A DNA stretch of 64,000 bases from Phoronis australis (Eukaryota > Animalia > Phoronida). The notes under the pieces were generated by a model that saw only the letters and a program-made list of their open reading frames with translations, searched no databases and was not told where the DNA came from. The translations under genes and the position numbers were made by a program. The stretch lies in NCBI GenBank assembly GCA_002633005.1, contig NMRA01000202.1:620087-684086 (forward strand), written 5' to 3'. Numbering within the stretch: position 1 is the first letter of the stretch; every line of letters starts with the position of its first letter. Shown here in pieces: positions 12,401-24,000 of this stretch.

Positions 12401-14932
12401 AGTTGATCCATTTTGAATCGTGTAGTAACTTATTTACTGTCATTTCAGGCTAAGTTGCTGGAAATTGAAGGAGAAAATGAGCGATTCAAAGTACAGTTGA
12501 AACAGAAAGATCAGGAGGTTGTGGATATTAAGAAGGTAGGTATTTTATATCATGTCCCGTCGGTGATTATGAACTAACTTAAAGGGCATACCCTTGTTTA
12601 GGATTGTTTTGACGTTTGTTTGCTGAATGCTGGCTAAAATGAAATGTGATCTTACGGTAAGACAGTCTCTGTCTTTTGATTGTTTTTGTTCTTGGGAAGT
12701 TGGGATTGACTTGGAGATATACATTAAATCTTTCACCAGGGATATGAAGCTGTGACTTCTAAATAATGTGCCAGTTCACTTTGGGTCTATTTTTTATTGA
12801 TTGGAATGATATTCTGTCCTTGCGATATCTCAACAGTTTTTGGACGAGAAAGAAAAAGTGAGCACGAGTTATCTTGTGGTGGATTTTGTGACCTATTTTG
12901 TTTGTAAGAGTGATTTGAGCATTGTTTGCGTTTATTTGAGGTTATGTATGATCAGCAAGTCCGTACACTTAGACAATTATCTACGAAATTATAGAATTTA
13001 ATTCGGCAAAATTATATATTTTCTGAAAGAAGAAATTCCATAGAAATTGTGTTTTGACTTTGTACCAATTTTCCACCAATTCGGTCACGTGACCTTGCTT
13101 TTTTGGGAAAAAGCAAGGTACTTTGTTAGCAAAACGACCGGTTCAATAACATTGACCAAATTTTGTACGATAGAAATGTAATAAGACTCAAAAATGCTGT
13201 TAAATTAATTTCATGCCACTTTAATTTTTTTTCATATACAAGTCCTGATAGTGGATCATGCAAAGTGGAACATTTTTGAAACAATCTCTAACAGCGTTTT
13301 GCTGAACAGTGTATAAAGCATAGTATCTGAAAGTTTCATGTGAATCTGATAATCCATTTCTGAGTTACTGTGTTTCAAAGTTGGCCAAAATTGGATAATA
13401 TTGTAGGGTCCTACATAACCTTAAAGCTTTTTACATTTTCAGTTCAGCATTTTAGTGTCAGTTTATGTTGGTTCCTGTGTTTTAAGCAATCTTGGATTTG
13501 CAGTGATTCATGACGTAATGTGTCTGATCGTTCTGGTTTAATGCATGCCAGTTTAGCGAATTTGATTTTAGCTCGAATCTAGTAAGTGACGGTTAGAAGT
13601 ACTTTTACTACTGCAGTGAGACAGACTCAGAAGGTGAATTTCATTACAGTTTCTTTGCTTTCACACACCATAAATTCTGTTAGTGTGATATTGTGTAAAA
13701 ATATTAGAACTCCATTTGTTCCATTGTGTTCATGAACAGTTACACTTGACATATCATTTGACAAGAGCTCTATTTTGTCCACTGTTCTTGAATTAGCTGT
13801 CTGAAAAGTTGCACCAGGAACGTGATCACGTGGCTGAGATCATACGGCAGGAGTTTGCCGACAAGATTGTGGCCACGGACGAGGACAACAAGAGACTGAA
13901 GAATGAGATGGCAGAGATGAAGTCGCGTAATCGACTGGAAGTGGAAAGAGCACGGGCGGAGGTGGAAGTGATACAGAAAGCAAAGGAGGATGAGATGGAA
14001 GAGGTGCACAAGAGGTGAGTTGGGGTGCAGAAGTTAGAGTAGGGAAATAGAATATAGTTGTGATCAGGAAGGTAGAGGAGCATGACAATCCTGGAAGAGT
14101 TGCATTAGACGTTGGTGTGGTACACGAGTCAGAACAGGGAAAGTGAAGGTAAATATGATTAGGAAGTCAGGATGAGATGGTGTAGAGGTGGGTGGGACCA
14201 GAGTGGGGAGAAAGAAAGTCGATGTGATAAGAAGGCAGAGGAGGATGTGACTCCTGGAAGAGTTGCGTTAGACGTTGATGGGGTGCTGGAGTCAGAGTTG
14301 GGAATGTAAATGAGATGAGAATGTTGGAGAAGGATGAGGATTATGGAAAGTTGCTGTAGAGGTGGGTGGGGTACAGACATCAGAGTGGGGAGAGTGAAGA
14401 TAGATGTGTTAGACGAGGATGCGGACGGTGTACAGTTGCTTCAGGGGTGGAAGAGTTGGGTTAGAGGTGTGTGGGTGAAGTAGTTGTAGTAAGAATAGGG
14501 GGGAAGATAATAGAACGGAGGTGAGGATAAATTGAAGAGGTGATGCACTAGAGGTGAATGGGTACAGTTTTGAAAGTCCTTGTCAAAATATGTTATTATT
14601 CACAAACTTAAATGTATAATGAAGACTTGGTTGCACATTGCAGCTCGTGTATGAAAGTCGATGTTTTCTTTGCAAATATGTATGTCACAGTAATTGATTT
14701 TTAGCACCAATTCTTTAAAAAGAATCAGCTGGTTAAAACATTTCATGTGCTCTGTAATGAGATGTACATTCTACGGTCTGTACTTGGTAGAGTGAAGCAG
14801 GCGATTGTAAAGAAAGAAGAAATGGTGAATCAGATGAGGCAGCAGTATGAGGCAGCACTAAAGAGGTCAGAGCATCTTGAAGGTCTGCTGGAGCAGCAGA
14901 GAAAACAGTTGTTGGGGGGGAAAAAGAAATGA
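1..14932 (+). CDS. CEP131: Centrosomal protein of 131 kDa (AZI1), multi-exon gene, 5' part outside the window
   Basis: 15 exons join with consistent phases. The translation has an IQ motif (AATKIQRFYRK) and a long coiled coil with CEP131-type blocks (HLSFIDQLIDDKKVLSEKCE, RRERWIDEKTKKIKEMTVKGLEPEIQ, RDRDKEIEMVI, EEVHKRVKQAI). Confidence 0.93.
1395..1643 (+). CDS. CEP131: CEP131 exon
   Basis: ttcttag|GAACTG (ELQQKREEK...) to TTTAAG|gttggt, phase 0-0. Confidence 0.85.
2010..2500 (-). mobile_element. Family A copy, reversed and degenerate
   Basis: tgtccaaatttgatcaactttggaac...gaaactttcac is the reverse complement of the family A right arm; boundaries approximate. Confidence 0.55.
2543..2762 (+). 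CDS. CEP131: CEP131 exon
   Basis: tttcag|AGCGAG ... TKTTLEDLMNTIKLLEQE; the exact donor (2756 or 2762, both phase 1) is uncertain. Confidence 0.75.
2802..3183. mobile_element. MITE, PIF/Harbinger-like
   Basis: Terminal inverted repeats CTGGGCCCGGTCTC / GAGACCGGGCCCAG, continuing imperfectly (tactcgaaa) inward; no ORF. The superfamily is inferred. Confidence 0.7.
3457..3632 (+). CDS. CEP131: CEP131 exon
   Basis: ttgcag|GTGCC ... LTDAKLKSIMSFLDEVE ... GATCAG|gtgagc; a second AG at 3439-3440 is in a different phase. Confidence 0.82.
3805..5410. repeat. Interspersed repeat with (GAT/GAC)n tracts and an internal duplication of about 400 bp across an N
   Basis: ACTTGGCGAAAT occurs near both ends (about 3832 and 5390); 4001-4399 is nearly identical to 4401-4808; class unresolved. 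Confidence 0.55.
6010..6189 (+). CDS. CEP131: CEP131 exon
   Basis: cttcag|GATCTG ... RLELEERSRTVQILQKAL|gtaatc. Confidence 0.88.
6992..7117 (+). CDS. CEP131: CEP131 exon
   Basis: tttcag|AACCAG (NQQRELTVRH...HLSFIDQ)|gtatgt. Confidence 0.92.
7100..7267 (+). repeat. Tandem duplication of about 84 bp spanning an exon end and its donor
   Basis: ttgtcctttattgatcag|gtatg...ctagtgagca present twice with few differences. Confidence 0.92.
7350..7456 (+). CDS. CEP131: CEP131 exon (not in the ORF track)
   Basis: ttccag|CTGATC (LIDDKKVLSEKCENMVKELK...) to GAAAA|gtaagt. Confidence 0.92.
7457..7885 (+). repeat. Degenerate minisatellite, unit about 36 bp, about 12 copies
   Basis: Consensus close to agagtacagacacagcccaggggatctcccattct, starting at the donor. 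Confidence 0.85.
8252..8348 (+). CDS. CEP131: CEP131 exon
   Basis: ttgtag|CCAC ... AAEKLRRERWIDEKTKKIK|gtgata. Confidence 0.92.
8917..9134 (+). CDS. CEP131: CEP131 exon
   Basis: ttgcag|GAGATG (EMTVKGLEPEIQRLIAKHK) to TCAAG|gtaggg. Confidence 0.92.
10141..10366 (+). CDS. CEP131: CEP131 exon
   Basis: gttcag|ATATGAG (YEKQMHQEEESYQAQRRRL) to CATGAC|gtgagt. Confidence 0.92.
10854..11077 (+). CDS. CEP131: CEP131 exon (not in the ORF track)
   Basis: tttcag|GGTGAG (ELKSLKEQLDIEKTAWEENY...RDRDKEIEMVI...AAENRI) to ATCAA|gtaggt. Confidence 0.92.
11078..11223 (+). repeat. 21-bp tandem repeat, 7 copies
   Basis: GTAGGTCAAGGGGCAGGTGGT; the first unit begins with the intron's GT. Confidence 0.95.
11644..11773 (+). 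repeat. Tandem repeat of about 22 bp, about 6 copies
   Basis: Unit close to atgtaccttctgttggaccagg. Confidence 0.85.
11938..12022 (+). CDS. CEP131: CEP131 exon
   Basis: tttcag|ACGT (RIRDKYESEMTELERSE) to ATGAAG|gtgtgt. Confidence 0.9.
12449..12535 (+). CDS. CEP131: CEP131 exon
   Basis: tttcag|GCTAAG (AKLLEIEGENERFKVQLKQKDQE) to AAGAAG|gtaggt. Confidence 0.9.
12940..13420 (+). mobile_element. Non-autonomous element of about 480 bp at a TTAA-type site (Kolobok-like), family A
   Basis: Ends ttga|GGTTATGTATGATC and GGTCCTACATAACC|ttaa; internal blocks (ggtcacgtgac, gaaagtttcatgtgaatctga, ttggccaaaattgga) recur elsewhere in the window. Confidence 0.7.
13797..14014 (+). CDS. CEP131: CEP131 exon
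   Basis: aattag|CTGTCT (ERDHVAEIIRQEFADK...EEVHK) to AAGAG|gtgagt. Confidence 0.9.
14791..14932 (+). CDS. CEP131: CEP131 last coding exon
   Basis: tggtag|AGTGAAG (RVKQAIVKKEE...LEGLLEQQRKQLL...) ending at TGA. Confidence 0.92.
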
Positions 14933-16405
14933 TGGCAATGAAAGGTGGTGTTAGAGATGTGATAGAGAAGTGACTGAGTGGTGATCAGTGGCATTTCAAC
15001 AGTTATGCGGGTAAGGAGAAATGATGGCAAGGTGGTAAATCATACAAGGATAGATGTACATTGTTGGTGGTAAAATCTGCGCAATTTTTGAAGGAGATCT
15101 GACTTTGATGGATTAACTTTTCAACCCGCGGTGGGTTTTTGTTTGCCAACAAGACGTTAGCGAAGAATGCTGGGATGAATTTAGTGGAGACATTGCGGAA
15201 GTTGCAGCTATGAGAAGGTGAGGAGAAATGATGGGAGTTTGCTGAAGTTGTCTGTTTGGAATGGATCCTTAGAGGTTCACTAAGGTGTGACATTTGTCAC
15301 TGTGTATCATTGAAGGAAACAAGTTTGGTGAAGATGAATAAGTGTCTGTGGTTGTACTGTTAGTTACGTAACATATGAGGATAGAGCGAAGGTGGGCTAT
15401 GTTGGTTTTTGTTTCTTCTGTCAGATCTAAGTCGACAAAGGAGATCATCGGAGTGCATGTTATATAATCGAGTACTGTACAATGTACTGAAATGGTTTGT
15501 TTTTGTAAAGCCTAGTCATTTTAGTCATTTCCTTGTGCCAGAATGGACAGTACATGTGAAAGTTAGGTTAACTTTGAAGTTTGTTAAAGGGACTCGGTCG
15601 ATTTTGGGGCAGAAAAAATATTTTTGGGATTGTTGGAGTTATTAGCTTAGACCAGAGCTATAAAACACCAAAATCAGTTGTCTTTTAAGAGTTCATTTGG
15701 AATCATTGATTCTCTATGTTGGCTTCCAGATATTCAGTAGTGTTTTCTAAAATTGATTCTAGTGTTTTCATATTAGTTAAAATTGACAAGGTCAGTGACG
15801 ATGACAAGTGTTTTACGAGTATCGACAGGCATTTGGAATACGCTTAAAATACTCGTCAACTTGCAGCATTGGCTTTAATATAGCTCTTCTAGCAAAGCAT
15901 TGTACTGTGGCTGTCAAAGTCATGGGTTTGAATCCCTATCATGGGGCTGATCTCATTGATACCCATATCCCTTAAATCGTCCTTTCTCGGAGTGTGTTTC
16001 TGTATCTGTAACCTGTCCTGCAATTATTTCTGAGTAACCTCTATTAAATACCAATGTGATAAAGTTTTTAAACATTAGCATGATTGCTTACTAAAGGATA
16101 GTCAATGTGTAGTTATAGTTATTGGTTTATGTACTTAATGTTTTTAGCACATCTTTGGATTTATTTGCTGTGCCTTATTTTATAATCACTGCCTGTGATG
16201 TCATAGTTAGGGTTGTTCCACGGTTGGACTTGACTCAAGCTGTGTTGTTATGAATCTGTTATGTTGTACTTTATTTATTCTATTGTACCTATTACAACTG
16301 TGCTTTCTAAGAAATTTCAAAACTGCCTTCATGTGCTACAGACTCAAGTTTTTCTTTTGTAAATTTTGCATCTTGTGGTTTTCAAGGGTGCACCTAGATT
16401 TCTAT

Positions 16406-16411
16406 AATAAA
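16406..16411 (+). promoter_or_regulatory. Candidate poly(A) signal of CEP131
   Basis: AATAAA at the end of a T-rich stretch about 1.5 kb after the stop; composition changes beyond it. Confidence 0.45.
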
Positions 16412-17120
16412 CGCTCAAAAGTCGCGTCACATCAGTCCAGCAACACAATGCATCAGATTCACGGCATAAATCACGAAGATATAATTAACTAGGTGAGGAT
16501 CTGACCAAAACATTAGCTGTTCATTCATGCGAAGATGGGTTAAGTGTGTGGGCGTGTTGTCTTAGTTTAAAATACATTATTGGTGCAAGGCATTTTGAGT
16601 TAACAAAATACGGTTTTCCATTATTTTGCACTTGAAGGGGCTGAATGCTGGAGACCATCCCCTAAATCCAGTCTCTTAGACCAATTTCCAATCTGGCTAG
16701 GAAATTTCATCGCAATGGAAGTACAAATTTTTGTTGATGCCATCATGTCCCAACACACCCGTAAATAAAAATTACACTCTGGAGTATGTCTATTTTTGAA
16801 AATGCTATTAACCCGCCTTCAGTTAAAAATACTATCTTTTGACTTGGGCAGCAAACTGTTAGAAAACTAGTCTTGACTTCCTCAAGCAGATTAGAAACGA
16901 TATCTGGGCTTGAGAGAACTGACAGTACATTATTGCTTAAACCAGGCTAGAGCTCGGTGCATGTGACCTCATTGGTATGTCAAACCAACAGTAAGTCTTC
17001 CCAAGCAAAGAGTACTTTCTAATCTGAATACGGAACAAGTCGCGATGAGAGTAGTTTATGGCAAGCGGCCTGAATCAAGTTTTTTAACAGAAGGAAGAAA
17101 ATAACCACGTGACAGGTTAT

Positions 17121-17137
17121 TTTATTTGAAGTTTATT
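17121..17137 (-). promoter_or_regulatory. Candidate tandem poly(A) signals of HID1 (would give a 3' UTR of about 3.9 kb)
   Basis: Two AATAAA on - (tttatt at 17121 and 17132), at the end of a long stretch that is T-rich on the minus strand. Confidence 0.45.
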
Positions 17138-18477
17138 TGACGTACAACAGATCTCTCCACAACCACTAATTCATCTACTTTGTAGGATTATCACGGCTAT
17201 GAAATGTCACATGCCAATCAAAAAACTTGAAACACAAATTCTTATTGAGGAATAAACAAAACAAGTCTTACTAAAAAAAGAAAATACTTTAGCAATACTA
17301 AACTTGAACCTCTTGTTACCGAGACAAAAATAGGGATAAACTAATGTAATATAAGTTATATGAAGCACCCAAAATATACACATAAAATCAATGTAGACAA
17401 CACTGCAAAGCTGAGCATGATTTTTTTAAATTACAACATCTAAGGGTCATATCACTCGTACACTAACTTGGAAGTGAGCACATAGCGTCTTTTACAGGAA
17501 TTTTCAACAAAAGCTGACCATTGCCTTTATAATGAAAAAATACTTAGGCAACTATCATAAATATTTTCAAGGAGGGTATACTCATTAGTGTTCACTTGTC
17601 CACACTTACAGACTACACAAACACCTATTAAGTCAAAGCTGAGAACAGGAAGGTAAAATATTTATGTAACTTCACCAGATTTATCAGCTTTTTGTTCACA
17701 ACTAACAGTAGCACAGCAATTCTCCACGTATTTTGCCCAAAAATAATTCCAAATTTGCCATTTTTCAGTTCTACCTTGCTGCAAATAAGGGAAGATTTAG
17801 ATGTTCTATGACATCTATACTGTCACATAAAACCGTGCTAGTAACAGATTGAAATTATCTTTACTTTTCTGAAGAAATTTGGCAAAATAAAATTTCACTT
17901 GTCCATCATATTGCCTGCTCAATAGGTGAAGAATTGCAGTAGATTCTGAATATCAAGAAATTATTCAATTTAATTAATATATTAATCGACCTAAAGCTTC
18001 AGTGGCTGATGCTATCTCAATGAAAAACAAAGAATTTATACACAATGGATATAAGTGTTTCTAGCACTCAGAAGACAGTATTAATTTAACTGGAGCTTGG
18101 TATTTACATAAATGCAGTCAAGCTCTGCCTATGGAAGCTCTGTTGAATAACGTTGTGCAACCCACGAATCAACTTAGTTTATAGCAATGGCAACTACTGC
18201 ATTTACTCGAGCCAACTAGCTCCTCTAGTGTTAGAAAATGGAATCATCAAGGCTGTGACTGATTATGCACTACCAAAGAAACATTCAGATATAACATGTA
18301 CCCGGTAATTGATCTTCACTGACCCAACCTTGGTAAATCGCATCTGTATAACATCTACTAATTCTAACCACACATATGACTACTATGGGCAATGTAGAGA
18401 AGTGGATTACAACTCGGATGAACAGTAGGTTTACAAGCAAATATTCTTTAAGCAATTATGAGACATTTTCAGCTGCA

Positions 18478-18769
18478 TAATCGGCAACCTGAACAACATG
18501 GATGACAAAGCTCCTCACTCATCTACAAGGACCTGTAAACTCAATTTACCGACTCGAAAAAACTCATGCCCAAACTGACTCTCGAAGCATGGCTCAGACG
18601 CAGGTCCCCTGGCAACGTGGTTCCAGCACCTGTAAACACGGCCGTGATTTTTTGGGTGAGAAAGTTGTTTTAGTAAGTGTAGGCACCAGTATGAGTTGGT
18701 GAACTGAATTACAGGTCCGTGAATCGTGTTCACAAGTGTGTGAGCCATGCTGTTCAGGTAGCCTGATTA
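18478..18769. mobile_element. Foldback element / MITE of about 290 bp in the presumed HID1 3' UTR
   Basis: Inverted arms ggcaacctgaacaacatgg / ccatgctgttcaggtagcc and ggacctgtaaactcaatttaccgactc / gagttggtgaactgaattacaggtcc. Confidence 0.75.
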
Positions 18770-19045
18770 CTAACTACCAAGCCAACATTAACAGATTATC
18801 TTATTCAATAAGACAATGTATAATCATTTCTTGATGCATGTGTATTGCATAACACAGTTTGGCACTAAAAACACCTTTAACTAATCTACCTGAACCCACA
18901 TACATGCCCCAATTGTTTCACTGCTCAATGGCCTCTGGAAAACCCAAGTCACTTGAATGGTTGCAGTAGGTTTTAACAGTTATTTCGTAACCCATTAAAT
19001 ATTGACGTCATCTCCAAGCAATAACCTACAGAGCACGAACGAATA

Positions 19046-19222
19046 CAGTCAAACTGGGTTAAAAGTAACGTTCCTGGAACTTTTTAACATGTTCTTTGTA
19101 ACTGAAATTCAAACCAAATTACTTATCAGATGTATTCCAGTACAGTTGATTTGTCGAAAAGTACATTAGAAGTAAAGTACACAAATTTTATAGACTAGGG
19201 TGGTCCCATTGTGGCTCGACTG
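19046..19222. mobile_element. Small pogo/Tigger-like MITE
   Basis: ta|CAGTCAAAC ... GCTCGACTG|ta: short imperfect TIRs with TA flanks. Confidence 0.45.
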
Positions 19223-21006
19223 TAACAAATAATCTGACACAAACGGTCACGTTTTGACTATAAAAACAATAGGTAAAACAGCAATCTGTTTAGCCAATTA
19301 AAAGTCACACACCAAGCCACAATATGTGAATGGCAGACAGAATATCTACAATTGCTGCTCTTCCCACCACATAGTGCTGCACCTTCTGAGCCATGTCTAG
19401 AAATCTTGAGCCATGTTTGAAGAGCCTGAATTTTGTCTACTTTACAAGACAATTTGTTGAAATATTATTGCACAATCACGGTACTACTTTTTTGCTGCAA
19501 AAATGGTAGTGACAAGATGAGTGAGTTAAAATTAATGACTGTGTGGCTGTAGTTCTTTCTGCGAAATAGTAGACAGGGAGATTGGGATGCAAAATAGAGA
19601 CGCACAACTTGCACCATGTTTGGATTTTTGCTCAGGGAGATCTCTGTATTGCACACACTGGTTCTAATCAGTAAACACATAAGCAGTGTAGTTCAATTCA
19701 TCAACTAATAAACATCCCACCATTTCCTGTATGCTGTTGGCCAAATTTAGATGTAGCCTCTCACAGAGTTTGATATCGATTTATTACTAACACCAGTCAG
19801 TGGACACTGACTTACTACTCACAGTGCATTTATTTTTTTCAATAAAAAGGACAACCATTTTATTGTCAGAAAAATGGCGAAATCCTCTAGGAAGAATTAC
19901 AGTCAAAGGATTAATCACAATTCATGTCTTCCTGGTTTGAATACCTCCAATCTGTGACTACCTGAGGTTTGATGAAATTTTCGCATTTTTTTAACTACAT
20001 ATTCAACTACTTGGCATAAGGGTTCTTCACTCACATTACAGTCACGGCACAGAGTTACAGAACAGAATTTTAAAGATGGGAAGAAATGACCACTGGGTCA
20101 AACACAAAACTTATCTCCCATGAATACCTATTAAAACCATGAAGAATATGAGAGACTTACAAAGCAAATGACTACAGTTAGTCACTTGGGATTGGTGACG
20201 TCTGCTGCCACCTTTGCCTCCCCTCTGCAAAACTTAATAAACCCCAGTATAACCTTGGTTGATGAAAATACATGTGCAACCGTGTCCATTATTTCTATTT
20301 CCCAATTTTAATTTGCATTATAGTACCATAATTTAAAACATCCATTGATGACAATAAATACCTTACAACTAGTGTATTACATTTCATTTGTGCCACACCT
20401 AAAACACAACTGCAATAGTTTACAGGAAGAAACAGTACACCGGACCTTTCTACGAAGAGATTGTTAACCACCTGGCACAAAGAATTTTGGGACATATTTC
20501 TACTACAGTGATGATTTGGCAAGAAGATCAATATATTATATGCAATGGAGATGGTTGCAGTACTAATAGAAGTTGATCGAAAACGTGAAGCAACTATGAA
20601 TCATAAAAGATGGCAGAAATATGGCCCACAGTTCATTGTGCATATTAAAAAACTCTTGGACCTGACCGCGGGACCAAATTTCTGAACTGAGACTCAGATT
20701 CAGACTTGAAACGTAACGAATGATGCAACGTCATTCAAGTACAAATTTTTTGTTTACTTGAAGCGGGACATGCAGTTGGTCAATTTCACAGTCGAGTTTC
20801 GAGTTCAGAAAATAGACACCGTACCCTGATTACAAAGTTACAAATCCACAGGTGCTCCATGCATAACTCAAGAGCAGATCAAGGTAGGCCTCTGGTACCC
20901 AATGCTTCGTCATCTTCGAAACCACAAACCTCAATTCACAAATCACATCACCTATTGATACATTCGGCTTGTATGCAGACTACAGCGACATGCTGCAGCA
21001 AGATTC

Positions 21007-21070
21007 TTAGACTCGTTGTATTTCAAACAATTTGACGTCCGTGTCATACCACACTGGTGGATCCACGTTT
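21007..21070 (-). CDS. HID1: HID1 last coding exon
   Basis: NVDPPVWYDTDVKLFEIQRV followed by TAA. Confidence 0.95.
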
Positions 21071-24000
21071 CTGAAACATAAGAGAGAATGCAGTGACACA
21101 AAATCCGTTATTCACACTTTTTGGTTAGAATCGATTGAACCATCAACAGTAACATCACCATGACAATGTACTAGACACTAAACTCACCTGAGATATATCA
21201 CTCCCCACATGTAAGTTCTAAACCACATTGTGGTTCCTGCGTTAGCCTGGTATTTCCTAATCAGAATGGGGTGAGGCACCGGTAGTAACCCCACCAAGGT
21301 GCCGTGTTGGAGAAACTTGAGAATCTCACTCTCATCTGTCAGACCTCTGTAATATCACAAACAAACTAATACAGTCACAGGACATCCTACCAACAGACAT
21401 TCGCAACCAAATTCTCAAAAACATCCAGAAATGCATTTTTTATCAAGTACTTGCCTATTATGTTAACACAGAAATCATAATCTGGGCATTCAAAAGTGAA
21501 ATGTTTAAAATCCACGGGTGGGCGGAAATGGCCCTAACAAATACGGTAATGCGCAAAATCAGACTCGACTCGTAGAAATAATTTTAAGTGCCTTATTCCA
21601 GCAACTACACACATTTTCTCTCACTCGCTAATTGTTAACTTGCTAGTTTATCTAGGCATGCAATGCTTTGTGAACATAACGCTAGCCTAGTTCTACTTCA
21701 AATATTTGCCATTACAACCCTTTTAAGAACTTAAACATTGCTTAAAACACCCAGCTCATAGACACTTCAGCCACCGTGACTATAGAAAACAGTCATAATT
21801 AAAATATTAACATATTAAACTCTAGCCAGGCACGATTTGTTACAAACTGAATGAGCAGCTGAGCAAGACAGAAATAGTTTGTGAATCACTGGTCAACAAT
21901 CAAGCAGTCCACTTACTTGTCTATACAGATTTTCTCAACTTGTGGCACCAGCACTTGCAATAGTCTCATAATGGTCTGTAGGGGGAGCTTCTGTTTCCAA
22001 GACTGCACCTGCAAGACATAACAGAAACATTTGTTTGAAATTGCCAAGCTAAGCTAATACCCGGACCAGTTAATTAATTATTAAAAAAATAAATCTTGTC
22101 AACACGTTCACGGTTGGTCATATACTGGTGCAAGATGTTCAGATTTTGAGAAGACTTTTTCGTAATCCAAACAGAAATGTTTTCAGACCTGAACATCTTG
22201 GCGTAATGAATTAAAACCAACAAGTAATGTTTCAACCAGGTTAACGAGTAATTACAAACTAAGACCAAATTCACTAAGAAGTGTTAATGAAGGGTTTGAC
22301 TTATCCTCACATAGAGAAGGAGTACAGAATGCAGTTTGTCTGCACGAGGCATTCATCAGAGTCCCGCATCATTCAATAGATGCATGTTTAAAATAAAGGT
22401 AGTCAAAAGACCGTGTTTTCAAGCTTCACATCTCCATTTCATATCCACACTACACAGATGTTACAGAGACTCACCCATTCTGTGGTTGGAACAAATGTAG
22501 CGGCCACACTGGATGACTGTAAAGATGGTGACCGCGACAGTGGCAGGTGTGGAGGGCGTGGCAAGTTTGGGTTTGAAGGTGTAGTTGGCTAAAATACAAG
22601 ATACGACGTGCAGAGGCGGTGCATAAGTGAAGTGTATGACAGAGTTGGTAACAACAGCAAGAACACAGCAGTATTCCGTCTATACCATGAATATGTAACA
22701 ATTGATCTATAGTTAACTCTGACTTGCAAAGACAAATAATAAAATGACTGTAAGAACGCGAGAATCGAAGAGGTAACAATAACGCGTGTTTACATTGAAT
22801 GAAGATAAAATGTACACTGCCAAAATTTAAACACAAAATCACATTTTGTTAATTCTCATCTGAGGTTGTTTTAAAACATAGCCATTTTCAACTCATTACA
22901 TAAAGCTATTTTCAGGTGGAATCAGCTTAAGTTACGTAGCAATACAGTTCCGATATTTACTACATTTTTTCAACACTCTTTCACAGTTCCAGTTTTGGAA
23001 GGGCACCGTACGAATAGAATTCCGTTCCACGCATGGGAATCAGAGGTATTTCACAACTTTTGACCAATAGGATGTTGAAAATTATGTTAACACATCATTC
23101 TGTTTACCAATGAAAGGCCAAGGCGTCATTATAAAACATTGCTTTTGCTCATAGTACTTCATCTAATGAAAACATGTTATTTTTAAAATAACAATTACTT
23201 TTCATTTGGCATTTGCGAAACTTGATTGCACTTTTTCCACACTATTAATTGTCCAACTGACAACTGATGATTGAAGCGCTTCAAACTTTATTTGAACCTC
23301 AAACTGTTAGGGCCAACTGTCAGTGGAAACTGGAACCGGTAGCTCAAATCAAACCATTAATTGAAGGTCAAACCAACAACATATAAACTGTAGTTCGAAA
23401 ATGAGCATTAAGTTTTGCAAAAGTAAACTCCATTTTTACATAATGAAATCCAAATGAAAAAGTAAATGCCATATAAAAATAAGATGTTTAATAGACCCTG
23501 TAACATCACACTGCTCACCTCACTTTTTGACCCTGCCTGAGACTCCTCACTCTGCCCAGGCACATGTCGGTCTGCAGTGGCGCCCTCTGTGTCACTAGAC
23601 TGAGACTCAGTTCCATCCTGATTGGTTCCACCCCCCTTCTCCTCGCTCTCCTTCTCGCCAGAATCCCCCGCTGTGCCAGCAGCAGCAACCCCTTTGGGCG
23701 AGGACGGCGACCGCCTCTCTGTCATCACTTGAATACCTGTCATAGATTTGATCACAGATTTCAATTCCGAACCCTCGGAGTCAGTCTGTGATGAACCCTG
23801 CGCTAACTCACGCAGTGTCTTTGGCGCATCTGCCACACATTTCTCTGTCTGCTGAGCCACACTAGGAGCAGACGACGACAACGACTTCCTAGTAACAGTC
23901 GAGCTCCTTGGTGTTTTCTTGCCGGAAGCTGGTTGTTGCTCAGTCATGTGACTCAGACCTACAAATCAGATCCTAATCAGTGGAAGAGCAGCGCATGCGT

